A stretch of DNA of 64,000 nucleotides from Octopus sinensis. Lineage: Eukaryota. The DNA is taken from assembly GCF_006345805.1 (NCBI RefSeq), contig NC_043019.1:15375360-15439359 (forward strand), written 5' to 3'. The notes under the pieces are model-generated. The model ran no database searches. It was not told where the DNA came from and saw only the letters and a program-made list of their open reading frames with translations. A program made the translations under genes and the position numbers. This document shows, piece by piece, positions 27,227 to 40,793 of the stretch. The stretch's first letter is position 1; every line of letters starts with the position of its first letter.

Positions 27227-28663
27227 TGTCTAATTTGAATGGTAAAAGGTTAAATTTTGATTTAGAAGCAGTGAAAATAATATAAACTGCCCTGATTTCA
27301 TGTCCTTAGTGTACGGGTTTTGTCTATGTGCTTATTAACTGCAGAATGTCCCAGAAAAGTAACCTGTAAGACACCGAATATTAAAAGCACTGAATGCCTC
27401 AAAACAAGGTGAAATAAATTGATACCCATTGGTGAACATGAATGATGGACATAGATATTTTGTTGTTATTCCAGTTTGTAAGGATACAAATTTGTTTCGA
27501 GGTGATTCTGGTTATGTGGTGCCGACAAGCTGAAGTAACAGTGGAATATCGATATCTGCTGTTCTTGTTCACCTACAGGGTGATTTCGTTTCATCTGGTT
27601 TTGAGGTAATCAGCATTTTTTTTTTCAACACTTGACATCTTGAAGTGAATTTTCTCTGGATGAATCCTGCAGCCCAAAAAATGTAAAAAACAAAACACAT
27701 AAATTGAGTGTGTGGGATTAGTTATGTTAAAATTATTAGAGCTGCTACTTCTAATTCAAAATTTTATACACACTCACACACACACACACACACACACACA
27801 TATTTATGTATATAGATACACATACGTGTATATATGTATGTATGTCTATATGTGTTCATGTGTGTAATTGTACGTCTGTTCTTCCTTGCAAAGATGGTTT
27901 AGGTACAAGGGGATTGAGGCAAAATTCTTTATGTATCCATATTTACATACATACATACGTATATACATATATGAACGTATATCTGTGTGTGTTTGTATAA
28001 TTATATATACATTTGTGTGCGCGCGCGTGTGTGTGTGCAACCAACACTGTCTATCTAAATAGGCTGCCGTTCTGTATAAGAAGGTCATATATGTAAAGCT
28101 ATTGAAAGTGAAATAGTGAAAGGGAGATGAGAAACTCAACCAATATTTCTTCATTCAATCAATAGCATGGCGGCAGATGCGACTCCAATGGTTTCTATGA
28201 ATGCTTGATATCTGAATATAATTCTTCAGATGATCAAAATGTTAGAGAAGTCTCTTTATATCTTTCCATGACTCTCTCTCTCTCTTTCTCTCCCTCTCTC
28301 TCTCTCCTTTCTTATTCTCTTCTTGGAAAACCTGGATCCGTCTACCATATTCTTCTGTCGTGTCTTACTTTCAGGCTGTTCAAGATGTTGAAATAATTTG
28401 GCTAGATTGAATTTTAAAATCTGAAAGACAATAACTGAAACCAGTTAAAAGAATAAAAGAATGTGTGAGCATGTGTGTGTGTGTGTCTGAGCATGTGTGT
28501 GTGTCTGAGCATGTGTGTGTGTCTGAGCATGTGTGTGTGTCTGAGCATGTGTGTGTGTCTGAGCATGTGTGTGTGTGTGTGTATGTATAGTGATCTGTTG
28601 CCGTGAGGCTGGAAGAGTCAGATGACAAGATGCATACACATATATGCATATATTTATGTGTGT

Positions 28664-28698
<35 letters not shown>

Positions 28699-28769
28699 TT
28701 TGCATGTATATGTATATATACTTATCTATATATTTGTATATACGTATGTAGATGTATATTTATGTATAT

Positions 28770-29889
28770 AAAGGCAGACTATATGATGCGTGTGTACGTA
28801 CAGCCATGCTACATGGTAATGAAACATGGGCCGTGACAGCTGAGGATATGCGTAAGCTTGCAAGAAATGAAGCCAGTATGCTCTGATGGATGTGTAATGT
28901 CAGTGTTCATAATCGTCAGAGTGTAAGTACTTTGAGAGAAAAGTTGAACCTAAGAAGTGTCAGTTGTGGTGTGCAAGAGAGACGGCTGCGCTGGTATGGT
29001 CATGTGACGAGAATGGCTGAAGACAGTGTGTGCAAAAGTGCTACACCCTAGCAGTTGAGGGAACCTGTGGAAGAGGTAGACCCAGGAAAACCTGGGACGA
29101 GGTGGTGAAGCACGACCTTCGAACTTTAGGTCTCACCAAGGAAATGACTGAAGACCGAGTCCTATGGAAGTGTGCTGTGCATGAGAGGACCCGGCAGGAC
29201 TAGTCAGGCCATATCCCGTGGCCCCTACCTGGGACGTAGTCGATCCACCTGTGCATACCTTCCTTCTTGTGACACTTGTGAAGACCTGCTGAGGCAAGTG
29301 AAAATCAATCAAAATAGATGAACATCAATGGAATTTGTATCTTTGTGGTACCAGTGCCTGTGGCACACAAGAAAACCATCCGTACGTGGCCGTAGCCAGT
29401 ACTGCATCGACTGGCCTCCGTGCTGGGGCACGTAACAAGCACCATCCGATCGTGGCCGTTTGCCAGCCTCATAAAAACACCATCCGAGCGTGGCCGTCTG
29501 CCAGCCTCGTCTGGCACCTGTGTCGGTGGCACATAAAAACACCATCGAGCGTGGCCGTCTGCCAGCCTCGTCTGGCACCTGTGTCGGTGGCACATAAAAA
29601 CACCATCCGAGCGTGGCCGTCTGCCAGCCTCGTCTGGCACCTGTGTCGGTGGCACATAAAAAAACACCATCGAGCGTGGCCGTTTGCCAGCCTCGTCTGG
29701 CACCTGTGTCGGTGGCACAAAATCACCCACTACACTCTCGGAGTGGTTGCGTTAGGAAGGGCATCCAGCTGTAGAAACACTGCCAGATCTGATGGACTGG
29801 TGCAGCTTTCGGGCTCCCCAGACCCCAGTTGAAACCGTCCACCCATGCTAGCATGGAAAGCGGACGTTAATTGATGATGATGATGATGA
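28770..29889 (+). mobile_element. 5'-truncated RTE-clade LINE: ORF C-terminus (28770-29203), 3'UTR with ~62-bp tandem repeats, (GAT)n tail
   Basis: KGRLYDACVRTAMLHGNETW...RRLRWYGHV...RGRPRKTW...ERTRQD*, with one stop and one frameshift. The 3'UTR matches the dispersed repeat ending ...ccatgctagcatggaaagcggacgttaa(gat)n. Confidence 0.9.
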
Positions 29890-30110
29890 TATATACATAT
29901 ATATATATACTTTATGTATGTGTGTGTGTGTGCATTTGTACATATATGTATATATTCTTATCTATATATTTGTATGTATATTTATGTATATATATACATA
30001 TCTACATATTTATAAGTATATATACATATATATATATACTTTATGTATGTGTGTGTGTGTGCATTGTACATATATGTATATATTCTTATCTATATATTTG
30101 TATGCATGTA

Positions 30111-30165
<55 letters not shown>

Positions 30166-30926
30166 TATGCATATCGATATATTTATATGCATATAAACTA
30201 TATGTATGTGTGTGTATTCATGCTCAGTGGTTGGAGCATTGGCCTCACAATCATGAGGTAGTGAGTTCGATTCTAAGACCGAGCTGCATGTTGTGTTCTT
30301 GAGCAAGACACTTTATTTCCATGTTGCCCCAGTTCACTCAGCTGTAGAAATGAATTGTGATGTCACTGGTGCCAAGCTGTATTGACCCCTTTGCCTTTCC
30401 CTTGGATAACATCAGTGGTGTGGAGAGGGGAGCCGGTATGCATGGGCAACTGCTGGTCTTCCGTAAACCACCTTGCCCAGATTTGTGCCTTGGAGGGAGA
30501 ACTTTCTAGGTGCATTCCTGTGGTCAGTCATGACTGAAGCGGGATCTTTACCTTTTTAAGTATGTATGTGTGTATGTATGGCTCTCCATCTGTTACAACA
30601 ACAAGTGTTTCATTTGATGCGATCAACAAAAGAATCTGCTCATGAAATTAACGTGCAAGTGGCTGAGTACTCTATAGACAGGCATACCTTTAATAAAGCT
30701 CTCAGGGAGATTCAGCATGACACAGAATGTGAGAAAGCTGGCCCTTTAAAATACAGGTACAATTCATTTTTGCCAGCTGAGTGGACTAGAGCAACATGAA
30801 ATAAAGGGTCTTGCTGAAGGACCCAATACACTGCTGGGAATCAAGTACCCCAACCACTAAACCATGTGCTTCCATGTATGTATGTATGTATGTATGTATG
30901 CATGAATGTATAAATGTACATATGTA

Positions 30927-30966
<40 letters not shown>

Positions 30967-30980
30967 TATGTATATATATA

Positions 30981-31022
<42 letters not shown>

Positions 31023-31329
31023 TATGATGATGGACTCTCCTGTCATTAGATGATGTATGAGGGTTCAACAGTTAGGGTATTCAGTTGATGGAAACTGAAA
31101 GAAACCCATTGTATACTGGTGTGTTTATGTCCCTGTAACTTAGTGGTTTGGCAAAAGAGACCTATAGGATAAATAGCAGACTTACAAAGAATAAGTCCTG
31201 GGGTCGGTTTCTTCAATTAAAACTCTTTACGGCAGTCCTCCAGCATGGCCACAGTCATTTGACTGAAACAAAAGAATAAAAGAAAGAATATATATATCAT
31301 CATCATCATCATTGTTTAACATCCGTTTT

Positions 31330-31361
<32 letters not shown>

Positions 31362-31467
31362 ATATATATTCTTTCTTTTAATATATATATATATATATGA
31401 CCGTGTGTGTACCATTGGCGATTTTTTTTCCTCCGTCTTCCTTTCTTTGGATCTTTCCGTTTCCTAT

Positions 31468-31502
31468 GTTTCCGACGAAGAGCTCCGCTTGAAACGTTAA
31501 AC
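31468..31502 (+). ncRNA. Minimal hammerhead ribozyme motif (family H2)
   Basis: gttt CCGACGA A gagc-tcc-gctt GAAAC GTT aaac; palindromic ACGT stem III. Confidence 0.6.
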
Positions 31503-31909
31503 CCTCCTTTTTCCTGAGCGTCCAATAACACTATACTTGTTCCACGTCCTCGCGTTATTGTGTTTTCTCTTTGTGTTTTCATGTTTGGATTATGCCAGTG
31601 GCACGTAAAAAGCACCATCCAATCGTGGCCGTTTGCCAGCCTCGTCTGGCACCTGTGCAGGTAGTATGTAAAAGCACCCACTACACTCACGGAGTGGCTG
31701 GCTTTAGGAAGGGCATCCAGCCGTAGAAACATTGCCAGATCAGACTGGGCCTGGTGCAGCCTTCTGGCTTCCCAGACCTCAGTTGAACCGTCCAACCCAT
31801 GCTAGCATGGAAAGCGGACGCTAAACGATGATGATAGTAAATTCCCCAGAAAACAAAGAACAAACACAAGAAAAAAACAACACATGGACATGATAGATGC
31901 AAAGTATTA

Positions 31910-31982
<73 letters not shown>

Positions 31983-31998
31983 TATATATATAATATAT

Positions 31999-32373
31999 TC
32001 TCTATATAAACGGCAGTTTGTCTGTGCGTGTTTCTGGTGTCTGTTTGCTTGTACCCTCACCCTTACCACGGCTTTCAACCGATCTGATGAAACTTGACAC
32101 ACATAGCCCAATGTCATAATTCAAAACTAACGCAGCGAAATTTTGAAAAGTTCCCCAGTTCTGAAAAAAAAAATCGATAAATTCGACATGGGGTCGAGAA
32201 TCAGGAATACGAACCACAACTGTCTAGGGGACGCAACTCTACCTTTTTTAAATCTCAAAAAAAATTTACCATCATTTTTTTCCATTTTTTGCTATTTTTT
32301 TGGCTATACTCTCTAAAAATGCTTTATAGTTATTTCCCTTACAAACCTGAGCAACGCCGGGCGATACTGCTAG
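31999..32373 (+). mobile_element. Non-autonomous Helitron-like element
   Basis: 5' TC start, 3' hairpin cctgagcaacgccggg followed by CTAG|t; no TSD; inserted in (TA)n. Confidence 0.7.
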
Positions 32374-32395
32374 TATATATATATATATATATTAT

Positions 32396-32448
<53 letters not shown>

Positions 32449-32563
32449 TAAATGTCAATCATTTCTCTCTCTCTCTGTATATATATATATATATACTGGA
32501 GTAAACACATAAATGTGAAACAAGGTGGAAAAAAGAGTACTCAAATACCAGTGGTAGAGTAAA

Positions 32564-32601
32564 CTGTCCGACGAACGGCAATGTGAAACTCAGAGTAACA
32601 G
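32564..32601 (+). ncRNA. Minimal type-I hammerhead ribozyme motif (family H1)
   Basis: ctgt CCGACGA acg-gcaa-tgt GAAAC TC-A-GA GTA acag: stem I ctgt/acag, U4C core, stem II with a GNRA loop, near-palindromic stem III ACTC/GAGT, GUA cleavage triplet. Confidence 0.7.
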
Positions 32602-33837
32602 GTTTTGTTGAATTTTCTGCTGCTTTAAATAAAGTATATATATATATATATATATATATATGGAGAGAGAGAGAGAGAGAGAGAGATGATAGACGTATAT
32701 CTATTTTCACATACACATATATATATTTATATTTATATAGACGTATCTGATTAATCTCTCGATCTGTCTGTTTGTCTGTCTATGTATTTATCTGTCTCTC
32801 TTTCACTCTATCTTTCTGCTTCCCCATGTCTGACACTTCACCACTAGATGGAGCTAACGTTCTGACAAAAACAGCAGCCAACAGACTGCAGCGTTATAGA
32901 TTTTTCTTGCTAATAACCTGCAGAATTAAGCATGGCTGGCATGGATGGATGTTATAATGCGAGACAGATAATTTGCTATTTTCGTATTCTCTCCTTTCTC
33001 TTCAGCTTTGCTCTCAATCGTTTCAATATAGATTTACCATGTTGCTAATATTTCTTGTTTGCTAACTCTGTTGCTAACTGTCTTATTTTAGACCATTGCT
33101 TTCCACATTGGAATTTTATTTATACGAAAAGTCTATAAATAAAAGACTATAAAAAAATTAATGTAGTACTGGAAGTACCAATTTGGATGGATGGATGGGT
33201 GGGTAGGTAAGTAGGCAAGTAGAAACGTAGGTAGGTAGGTAGGTAGGTAAGGAGATAAGTGGGTGGGTAAAGCGTTCAAGAAGGTGGGGGGTTGTTTCTA
33301 ATTGTGTAGATTGTTTGCAATACTTTTTCTCCTTTCTCCCCCTTCCTTCCCCCCTCTCCCCCTTCCTCTTCTCCCCCTCCATTCTCCCCTCTCTCCCTCC
33401 CTCTTTCATGAATATTATTGGTTTCGTATTTCAGCACAAGGCCAGCATTTTCGAGGGAGGGGAATAAATCAATTACATCAACCCCGGTACTCGACTGGTC
33501 CTTATTCCATCAACCCTGAAAGAATTAAAGGCAAAGTCGACTTTGACGCAATTTGAACTCAGAACTTAAAGACAGACAAAATGTCGCCAAGCAATTTGTC
33601 CAGCATGCTAACGATTCTGCCAGCTCACCGCCTTAATATTAATAATTTGGTTTCAAATTTTGGTACAAGGCTAGCAATTTTAGGGATGGGTTAACTCGAT
33701 TACATTGACCCCCAGTACTCCACTGGTACTTATTTCATCGACTCCGAAAGGATGAAAGGCAAAGTTGACCTCAGTGGAATTTGAACTCAGAACATAAAGA
33801 CAGACGAAATGTCGCTACACATTTTGCTCAGGATTCT

Positions 33838-34042
33838 TCTATTCTTTTACTTGTTTCAGTCATTTGACTGTGGCCATGCTAGAGCACTGCTTTTAGTCGA
33901 CCAAATCAACCCCAGGACTCTTATTCTTTGTAAGCCTAGTACTTATTCTGTTGGGCTCTTTTGTCAATCTGCTAAGTTACGGGGACGTAAACGCACCGAC
34001 ATCGGTTGTCAAACGATGGTGGTGAGGTCAAACACAGACACA

Positions 34043-34077
<35 letters not shown>

Positions 34078-34235
34078 TTATAGACAGGCTTCTTTCAGTT
34101 TCCATTTACTAAATCCACTCAGAAGACTTTGGTTGGCCTAAGGCTATATTAAAAGACACTTGCCCAAGGTGCCACACAGTGGGACTGAACCCAGAACCAT
34201 GTGGCTGGGAAGCAAGCTCCTTACCACACAGCCAC
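33838..34235 (-). mobile_element. SINE family B, full length
   Basis: Reverse complement of the family B consensus. Confidence 0.85.
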
Positions 34236-35836
34236 TCGCTAACGATTCTGCCCACTCTCCAACTTTCTCATGAATATTATTGTCATCATAAAGACATTGG
34301 GCTGGCAGAATCATGAATGCCCCAGACAAAATGCTTAGCAATCATTTCTTTCGGCACTTTACGTGCTGTGCTCAAATCTGACTGAGACCAACTTTCCCTA
34401 TTGTCCTTTCGAGGTCAATAAAAATAAAGTACCTGTCATGTACTGAGGTTTCAATGTAATCGATTATCCCCCTCCTCTAAAATTGCTGGCCTTGTGCCAA
34501 AATTTGAAATCATTATTATTGTCATCGTAATTGTCACTTGTCAATAGCATTATCATCATCATCATTACCATCAGTGTGATGATTTTTTTTTTTTTGTAAA
34601 TCAATAATAGAGCCTCCATGTGATTGCTCGACTTGCTAGAAATAGTGGTTATATCACCCTCAAATCACTCTCTACTATCTTGAAATAGTCATTACAGTTA
34701 AACATCGTTTTATGTACATATGTCTCCCTATAATTTCTTTATAATTATGTATATTTATGCAAACATGGCTGTGGGGTTAAGAAGTCCACTTCCCAACCAC
34801 ATAGTTTTGGGTTCAGTCCCACATGTGTAGCACCTTGGTTAGTGTCTTCCACTTTAGCCCTGGGCTGTCCAAAGCCTTGTGAATGACAAGAAGTATTCAT
34901 AATGTGTAAGTGCTTTCGCTGTTCACAGCTTTTCAAATACACATGTTCTAGGGTAATCTGTAGAGAGGAAGTTGTTTTAGTAATCGTGTTGGATATTTCC
35001 AGTTCAGTTTTGGATTTAGATTTCTTATGATGATAATGATGATGTTCTTCTTTTGCCTCTCATAGTCGATCATTTTCTTATAAAATAAATAAATATATAT
35101 ATATATATATTTTTTTTTTTTCTGTATAAGACTTTGTGTTTATCCCCACAATACCTCACAACCCTGCAGTTGGTTTGCTTATTTGTCCCCTTAACTTTGC
35201 AGTTTGGCAAAACAGACTGATAGAATACATGCCTGTCTTACTAAAAATACACTTTGGAGTCAATTTATTTGACTGAACCCTTTAAGGTGATGCTCTAGCC
35301 ATAATCCAATGACTGAAACAAGTAAAATGCTGTGGAATTGAACCTGAAATCACTTAGCTGTGAGCAAACTTCTTAACCACAGGAGCATGCCTGTACCAAC
35401 TTTTATTTGTTAGATATTTAGGGATCAAAATCATAAAGTGACTCATTGGTGTGGAATCTGCAATTCTACAGAGATAAGCTGCTTGTCTTAGATATTATTC
35501 ATAGATTGAAATATTCAGGAATTTTCATAGATTAATGGCAAAGCCCCAGCATGGCCACGGAATGCAGAGTAAATAATGCTGTAGAAGCTTAGAATTCAGT
35601 TCCCAGTCAGAATTGTGTGCTATTTTAAATGGTACGGAAATGTATGGAATGGGAAGGAAACTGTGCAGAAGTGCAGAATTACATGTAAACTGTATGCGTG
35701 GTACAGGCGTAGCTGTGCAGGAAGAAGTTTGCTTCCCAACTACATGGTTCCAGGTTCAGTCCCACTGCATGGCACTTTGGGCAAGTGTCTTCTACTATAG
35801 CCTCAGGCCAACCAAAACCCATTGTATATATATACA

Positions 35837-35982
35837 ACTTATAAACAAGGGCAAAAGAAAAGAATTTCTAATGCCAAATATGCTGAAAATAGACACATCA
35901 TCAATAACCATATAGATGATGTGTCTATTTTCGGCATATTTAGCATTAGAAATTTTTTCTTTTGCCCTTGTTTATAAGTTTT
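35837..35982. repeat. Foldback (similar ones at ~14320-14505 and ~17200-17640)
   Basis: About 65-bp inverted arms with a short spacer. Confidence 0.8.
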
Positions 35983-36062
35983 TTATAAATTTAACCTTTA
36001 AAGGTATTTTTTAATATGCTGGCCATTGATAAAATTTTTTTCAATAAATTTTATCCTATATT

Positions 36063-36110
<48 letters not shown>

Positions 36111-36179
36111 GTGTGTGTGTGTGTGTGTGTGTTTGTATGTATGTATGTATGTATGTAGGTAGGTAGGTAGGTAGGTAGG

Positions 36180-36230
<51 letters not shown>

Positions 36231-36444
36231 GTAGATGGATGAATGAAGAAAAAGTATAGAAAGGTAAGGAGGAAGAAAAGAGAAAACAAGGTAAAGAGGG
36301 GAGAGAATAATGGGCAAAATTGTATAGATAAAGGTTGGAAGAGAGAAAAAGAAGGGTGGAATAAAGGTTGTGGGATATAATATAGAAGAATAAAGAAAAG
36401 ATAATTTGCAGGAAGTTATTATTAGGTAATGGGTCGATACTATT

Positions 36445-37130
36445 TGAAAAAACTGAAGGGATGTTGTTTTCCAGTGTGTACACTTGTAAACTCTCTCTGT
36501 AAACCTGTTTACCAGTTTATGTTTGGAAAAGAGAATAAAAAATTGCTCTCCCATACAAAGAGGACAAAAAGATTTCCCTTTATCATAGGGAAAAGATCTA
36601 GATAAAATTTTCCATTCTAAAGAAAAAAGTTTATTAGAATCTTGTAGAAGATAGACCTAAATAAAAAAAAGTTCCTTGTTACCAGAGGTAACTTTGCATT
36701 GGTATACAGCATTTTTAATTTGGCAGTTTCCATTTAGGACACAGGTTTTATTAGAGCCACAGTTGCAAATGCTGGTTACATTGATGTTATCATTTTAGGA
36801 GAGATTATCGTTAATATTATTGTTAGTGTTACTAAGTTTACGAGAATTATTAGGAGAGAAATTGTAACCTCTTAGAATACGGCTGTTATGTGAAGATATA
36901 ATTTATAAGACATTGTTGGTGTTAGAGAAACCTACTCTGATACAGTGTGTGCAGAAAATCGAGTGGTACCTTGAATTAATAGGGAAGTTCCTTTCTATAG
37001 TTTGACAAAATAAGAGGGGAAGGTTACTTTTTACTTGTTTACTGTATGGAATAATCAACCAAATATTTTTATTAGGGTTGTGTGATTGTTGGTGAGATTT
37101 ATTATCAAAAAACATAATGTTATTACTGGA
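36445..37130 (-). mobile_element. Decayed Penelope-like retroelement, 3' ORF fragment (RT-EN linker and GIY-YIG endonuclease)
   Basis: Minus-strand peptides NIWLIIPYSKQVKSN...NFPINSRYHSIF...VGFSNTNN, then CNCGSNKTCVLNGNCQIKNAVYQCKV, YLGLSSTRF and CPLCMGEQFFILFSKHKLVNR..KCTH follow the Penelope motif order; stops and frameshifts present. Confidence 0.8.
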
Positions 37131-38246
37131 GCTTAAAAGATATATATATGTATATATATATATATATATACAGTAATCCCTTGACTATTGCAGGTGTTAC
37201 ATTCCAAAGACCCCAGTGATAGGTGAAAATCCACAAAGTAGAAACAGTACTGTACTGTATGTTTTTATTTTTATTGTTATAATTTGTATATATTTATTTT
37301 ATTATAAATATAAAACAACGCCACAGAGGAATCGACGTAAGTTTAAATGATAAACAGCGATAGGTGAGCCATGATATGGCATACATACATTCATACATAC
37401 ATACATACATACACACACACACATACATACATAAATACATACTTACATACATACATATACATACATACATACATATATGCATATGTATATACATTATATT
37501 TTGTGATGTGGATATAAACATTGAGTGATGTGAAAACAAATAGGACATGGGGAAACATTTAATAATTCATCATAATGGAGAATTTCTTTGTTACCTATTT
37601 ATACTACTACTACCACCACCACCACCACCATCATCATCACTGCTACTACTACTACTACTGCTACTACAACTACTACTACCACCACCATCACTACTGCTAC
37701 TATTACTACTACCACTACTATTAATACCACCATCACTACTACTACTATTACTACCACCACCACTACCACCATTACTATTATTAATACTACTACCACCACC
37801 ACTACCACAACTACTACCATCACCACCACCTCCACTCTAGCTACTACTACTACTACTACCACTACTAAAGTAGCTATCAGTCTAGTCAGAATCTGTTACA
37901 ACTCCTCTCGGGACCACACACACACACACACACACACACATCACACCGAAACCCCCGCTGGTACCAAATGACTGTACTCTTGTAATCCTGTAATTAATCT
38001 CCATTTTTACCATCTTCAAACTGGGAACAGAATCTTATCACTTGTGTTTACCTTTAGATTTTCTGCTCCACAAAGAAGACACATTCTTTCTCTTTCAATA
38101 TTTCTACATTCCTACCAAAATATTTTCCCTTTACATAAAATTTCCTTTCTATTATTAATCCAGCCCCGCATAACTTCCAAAATAGTCATCTACCTTCATA
38201 TTTGTGTGTGTGTGTGTGTATGTGTGTGTGTGTGTATACATATATA

Positions 38247-38655
38247 GGTGCAGACATGGATGTGTGGTAAGTAGCTTGCTTCCCAACCAGATGGTTTTGG
38301 GTTCAGTCCCACCGTGTGGCACCTTGGGCAAGTGTCTTCTACTATAGCCTTGGGCTAACCTAAGCCTTATGAGTGGATTTATTAAATGGAAACTGAAAGA
38401 AGCCCATCATGTATATGTATATATGTGTGTGTGAGTGTGTATTTGTGTGTGTGTCTTTGTGTCTGTGCTTGTTCCCCCACCATTGCTTGACAACCGATGT
38501 TGGTGTTTACATCCCCATAACTTAGTGATTCAGCAAAAGAGACTGATAGAATAAGTACTAGGCTTAGAAAGACTAAGTCCCGGGGTCGATTTGCTCTCGA
38601 CTAAAGGCGGTGCTCCAGCATGGCCGCAGTCAAATGACTGAAACAAGTGAAAGAA
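38247..38655 (+). mobile_element. SINE family B, full length
   Basis: Same head, body and tail as 2059-2465. Confidence 0.85.
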
Positions 38656-39554
38656 TAAAGGAATATATATAAGGCTTTGGTGGGCATGGGATTATAGTAG
38701 AAGAGACTTGCTCAAGATGCCACACAATAGGACTGAACCCGAGACTACAAGGCTGGAAAGCAAGCTTCTCAACCACACTGCCTATCTGTCTGTCTGTCTG
38801 TCTGGCAGGCTGGCTATCTGTCTAGTGTGTTGTTTCCATCTGTCTACTATCTATCTATCTATCCATCCATCCATCCATCCATCCATCCATCCATCCATCC
38901 ATCCATCCATCCATCCATCCATCCATCCATCTGTATGTCTGTCTACCTATTCATCTATGTATCTGTCTATCAATCTATCTTTCTACCTACCTATCTATCT
39001 ATCTGTCTTTCTATCTCTCTCTCTCTCCCTCTCTCTGTATGTATGCATGTACGTACATATGTACACACGCACGCACACACACACGCACACACCAATACAC
39101 ACACACATTTAGCGGTTTCTGTCATTGAACTGCGACCATGCTGGGTCATCATCTTCAAAGTGATTTTTTTGTCAGTTCTTTGAGATCGATGGAGAACTAA
39201 AAGCAAAGTTGACAGGGTATAAAAAGTTGTGACTGACATAAATCAATACTCTACAAGGTATTTTCACTTGATGCACTCATTATGCAGGGTCAATAAATAC
39301 ACCTGTGTGTATGCATTTCTCTCTCTGTGTGTGCGAGTGTGTGAGAGAGAAGTAGAGAGAGAGAGAGTGAAAGAGAGAAAGAATGGCATTTTGTGCACAT
39401 TGTGAATTTTAATAATAAAGCTTTGGTCAATCTGTTCCTTATTGGCTGAAAATATTTGCCCAGTGTCAAGTGCACTGAGATCAAATTTGAAATCACATAG
39501 CTGTAAACAGAAATTTTGGTACTCCTACTGCATGTGTGTGTGTCTGTGTGTGTG

Positions 39555-39600
<46 letters not shown>

Positions 39601-39824
39601 CTTTCTTTCTTTCTTTCTTTATGTTCCCATAGCTTAGCAGATCAGCAAAAGAGGCCAACAGAATAGGTAAGCTGAGTAAGAACCAGATTCATAAGTAAGT
39701 GCTGGGTCCAATTTGTTCAAACCCCACCCTTCAAGGCGGTGCCCCAGCATGACAAGGGTCCAAAACTGAAACATGTAAAAGATAAAAAAAGATAAAAGTT
39801 ATATAAATAGATTAGATATAAATA

Positions 39825-39859
<35 letters not shown>

Positions 39860-39948
39860 ATGTATATATATATATATTTATATATATATTTATACATATA
39901 CATTTATATATATATATATATTTATATATATATTTATACATATACATT

Positions 39949-39979
<31 letters not shown>

Positions 39980-40079
39980 TTATACATATACATTTATATA
40001 TATATATACATACATATACATACATATATATATATATACATGCATATACATAAATATATATATATACATACATAAATAA

Positions 40080-40113
<34 letters not shown>

Positions 40114-40793
40114 GTATATATACAAATACATATGTGCTATATCATTATTTGTTTCCTCTTTCGTCTGTTATTGTTTCATTAATTTGTTATTTTTTACTGG
40201 TTTCAACATCAAAATTCCCACATTGTGATCAGACTGGCATTCCATTCTGATGAGCTCCTCACACCCATTTTATAAAAAGTCTCACCAAGGCAACCCTTAG
40301 AAGGGGCACCCCACCTACCCCCATTCTCCACTAAATTGCTGAACCTGTTAAAATAACAGCCAAAAATACCTCAAATCACACCATATTTTCTTCACACAAA
40401 TAACCCCTCAAAAAATAACAGGATGAATGTATTTATTGTCTATTATACTTCCAAATACCTAAATACTATATGCATATATATATATATACACATATGTAGA
40501 TATGTATATATATGGCATGATATAATAATGAGCTTATTGCATCCTGTGTTCAGGTGCACTGTGAATAGATAAATTTGGAATGCTACACAAATTTTCATCT
40601 TCACCGATACTATATAACGGATATGTTCTGATCTATACAATGTGTGTGTGTATACATGTGTGTGTATGTTGTTACCATATGACAGATATATACTGCTATA
40701 TACAATTTACATATATATATATATATAACGGCGGTGCATCAGCATGGCTGCAGCTCTGAGCTGAAACTAGAAAAAATATATATATATATGAAA

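Noticed and set aside
27579-27605. Plus-strand 27-nt micro-exon candidates (GDFVSSGFE; also 47927-47953 and 51968-52003)
   Set aside because: AG...GT pairs of this quality are frequent in AT-rich introns and cannot be supported without transcript data.
30220-30300. tRNA genes (A/B-box heads here and at 5166, 10730 and 38247)
   Set aside because: No complete cloverleaf, and each continues into a SINE body.
32079-32095. CTGATGAAAC as a hammerhead core
   Set aside because: No stem II between the core and GAAA; it lies inside the Helitron-like element.
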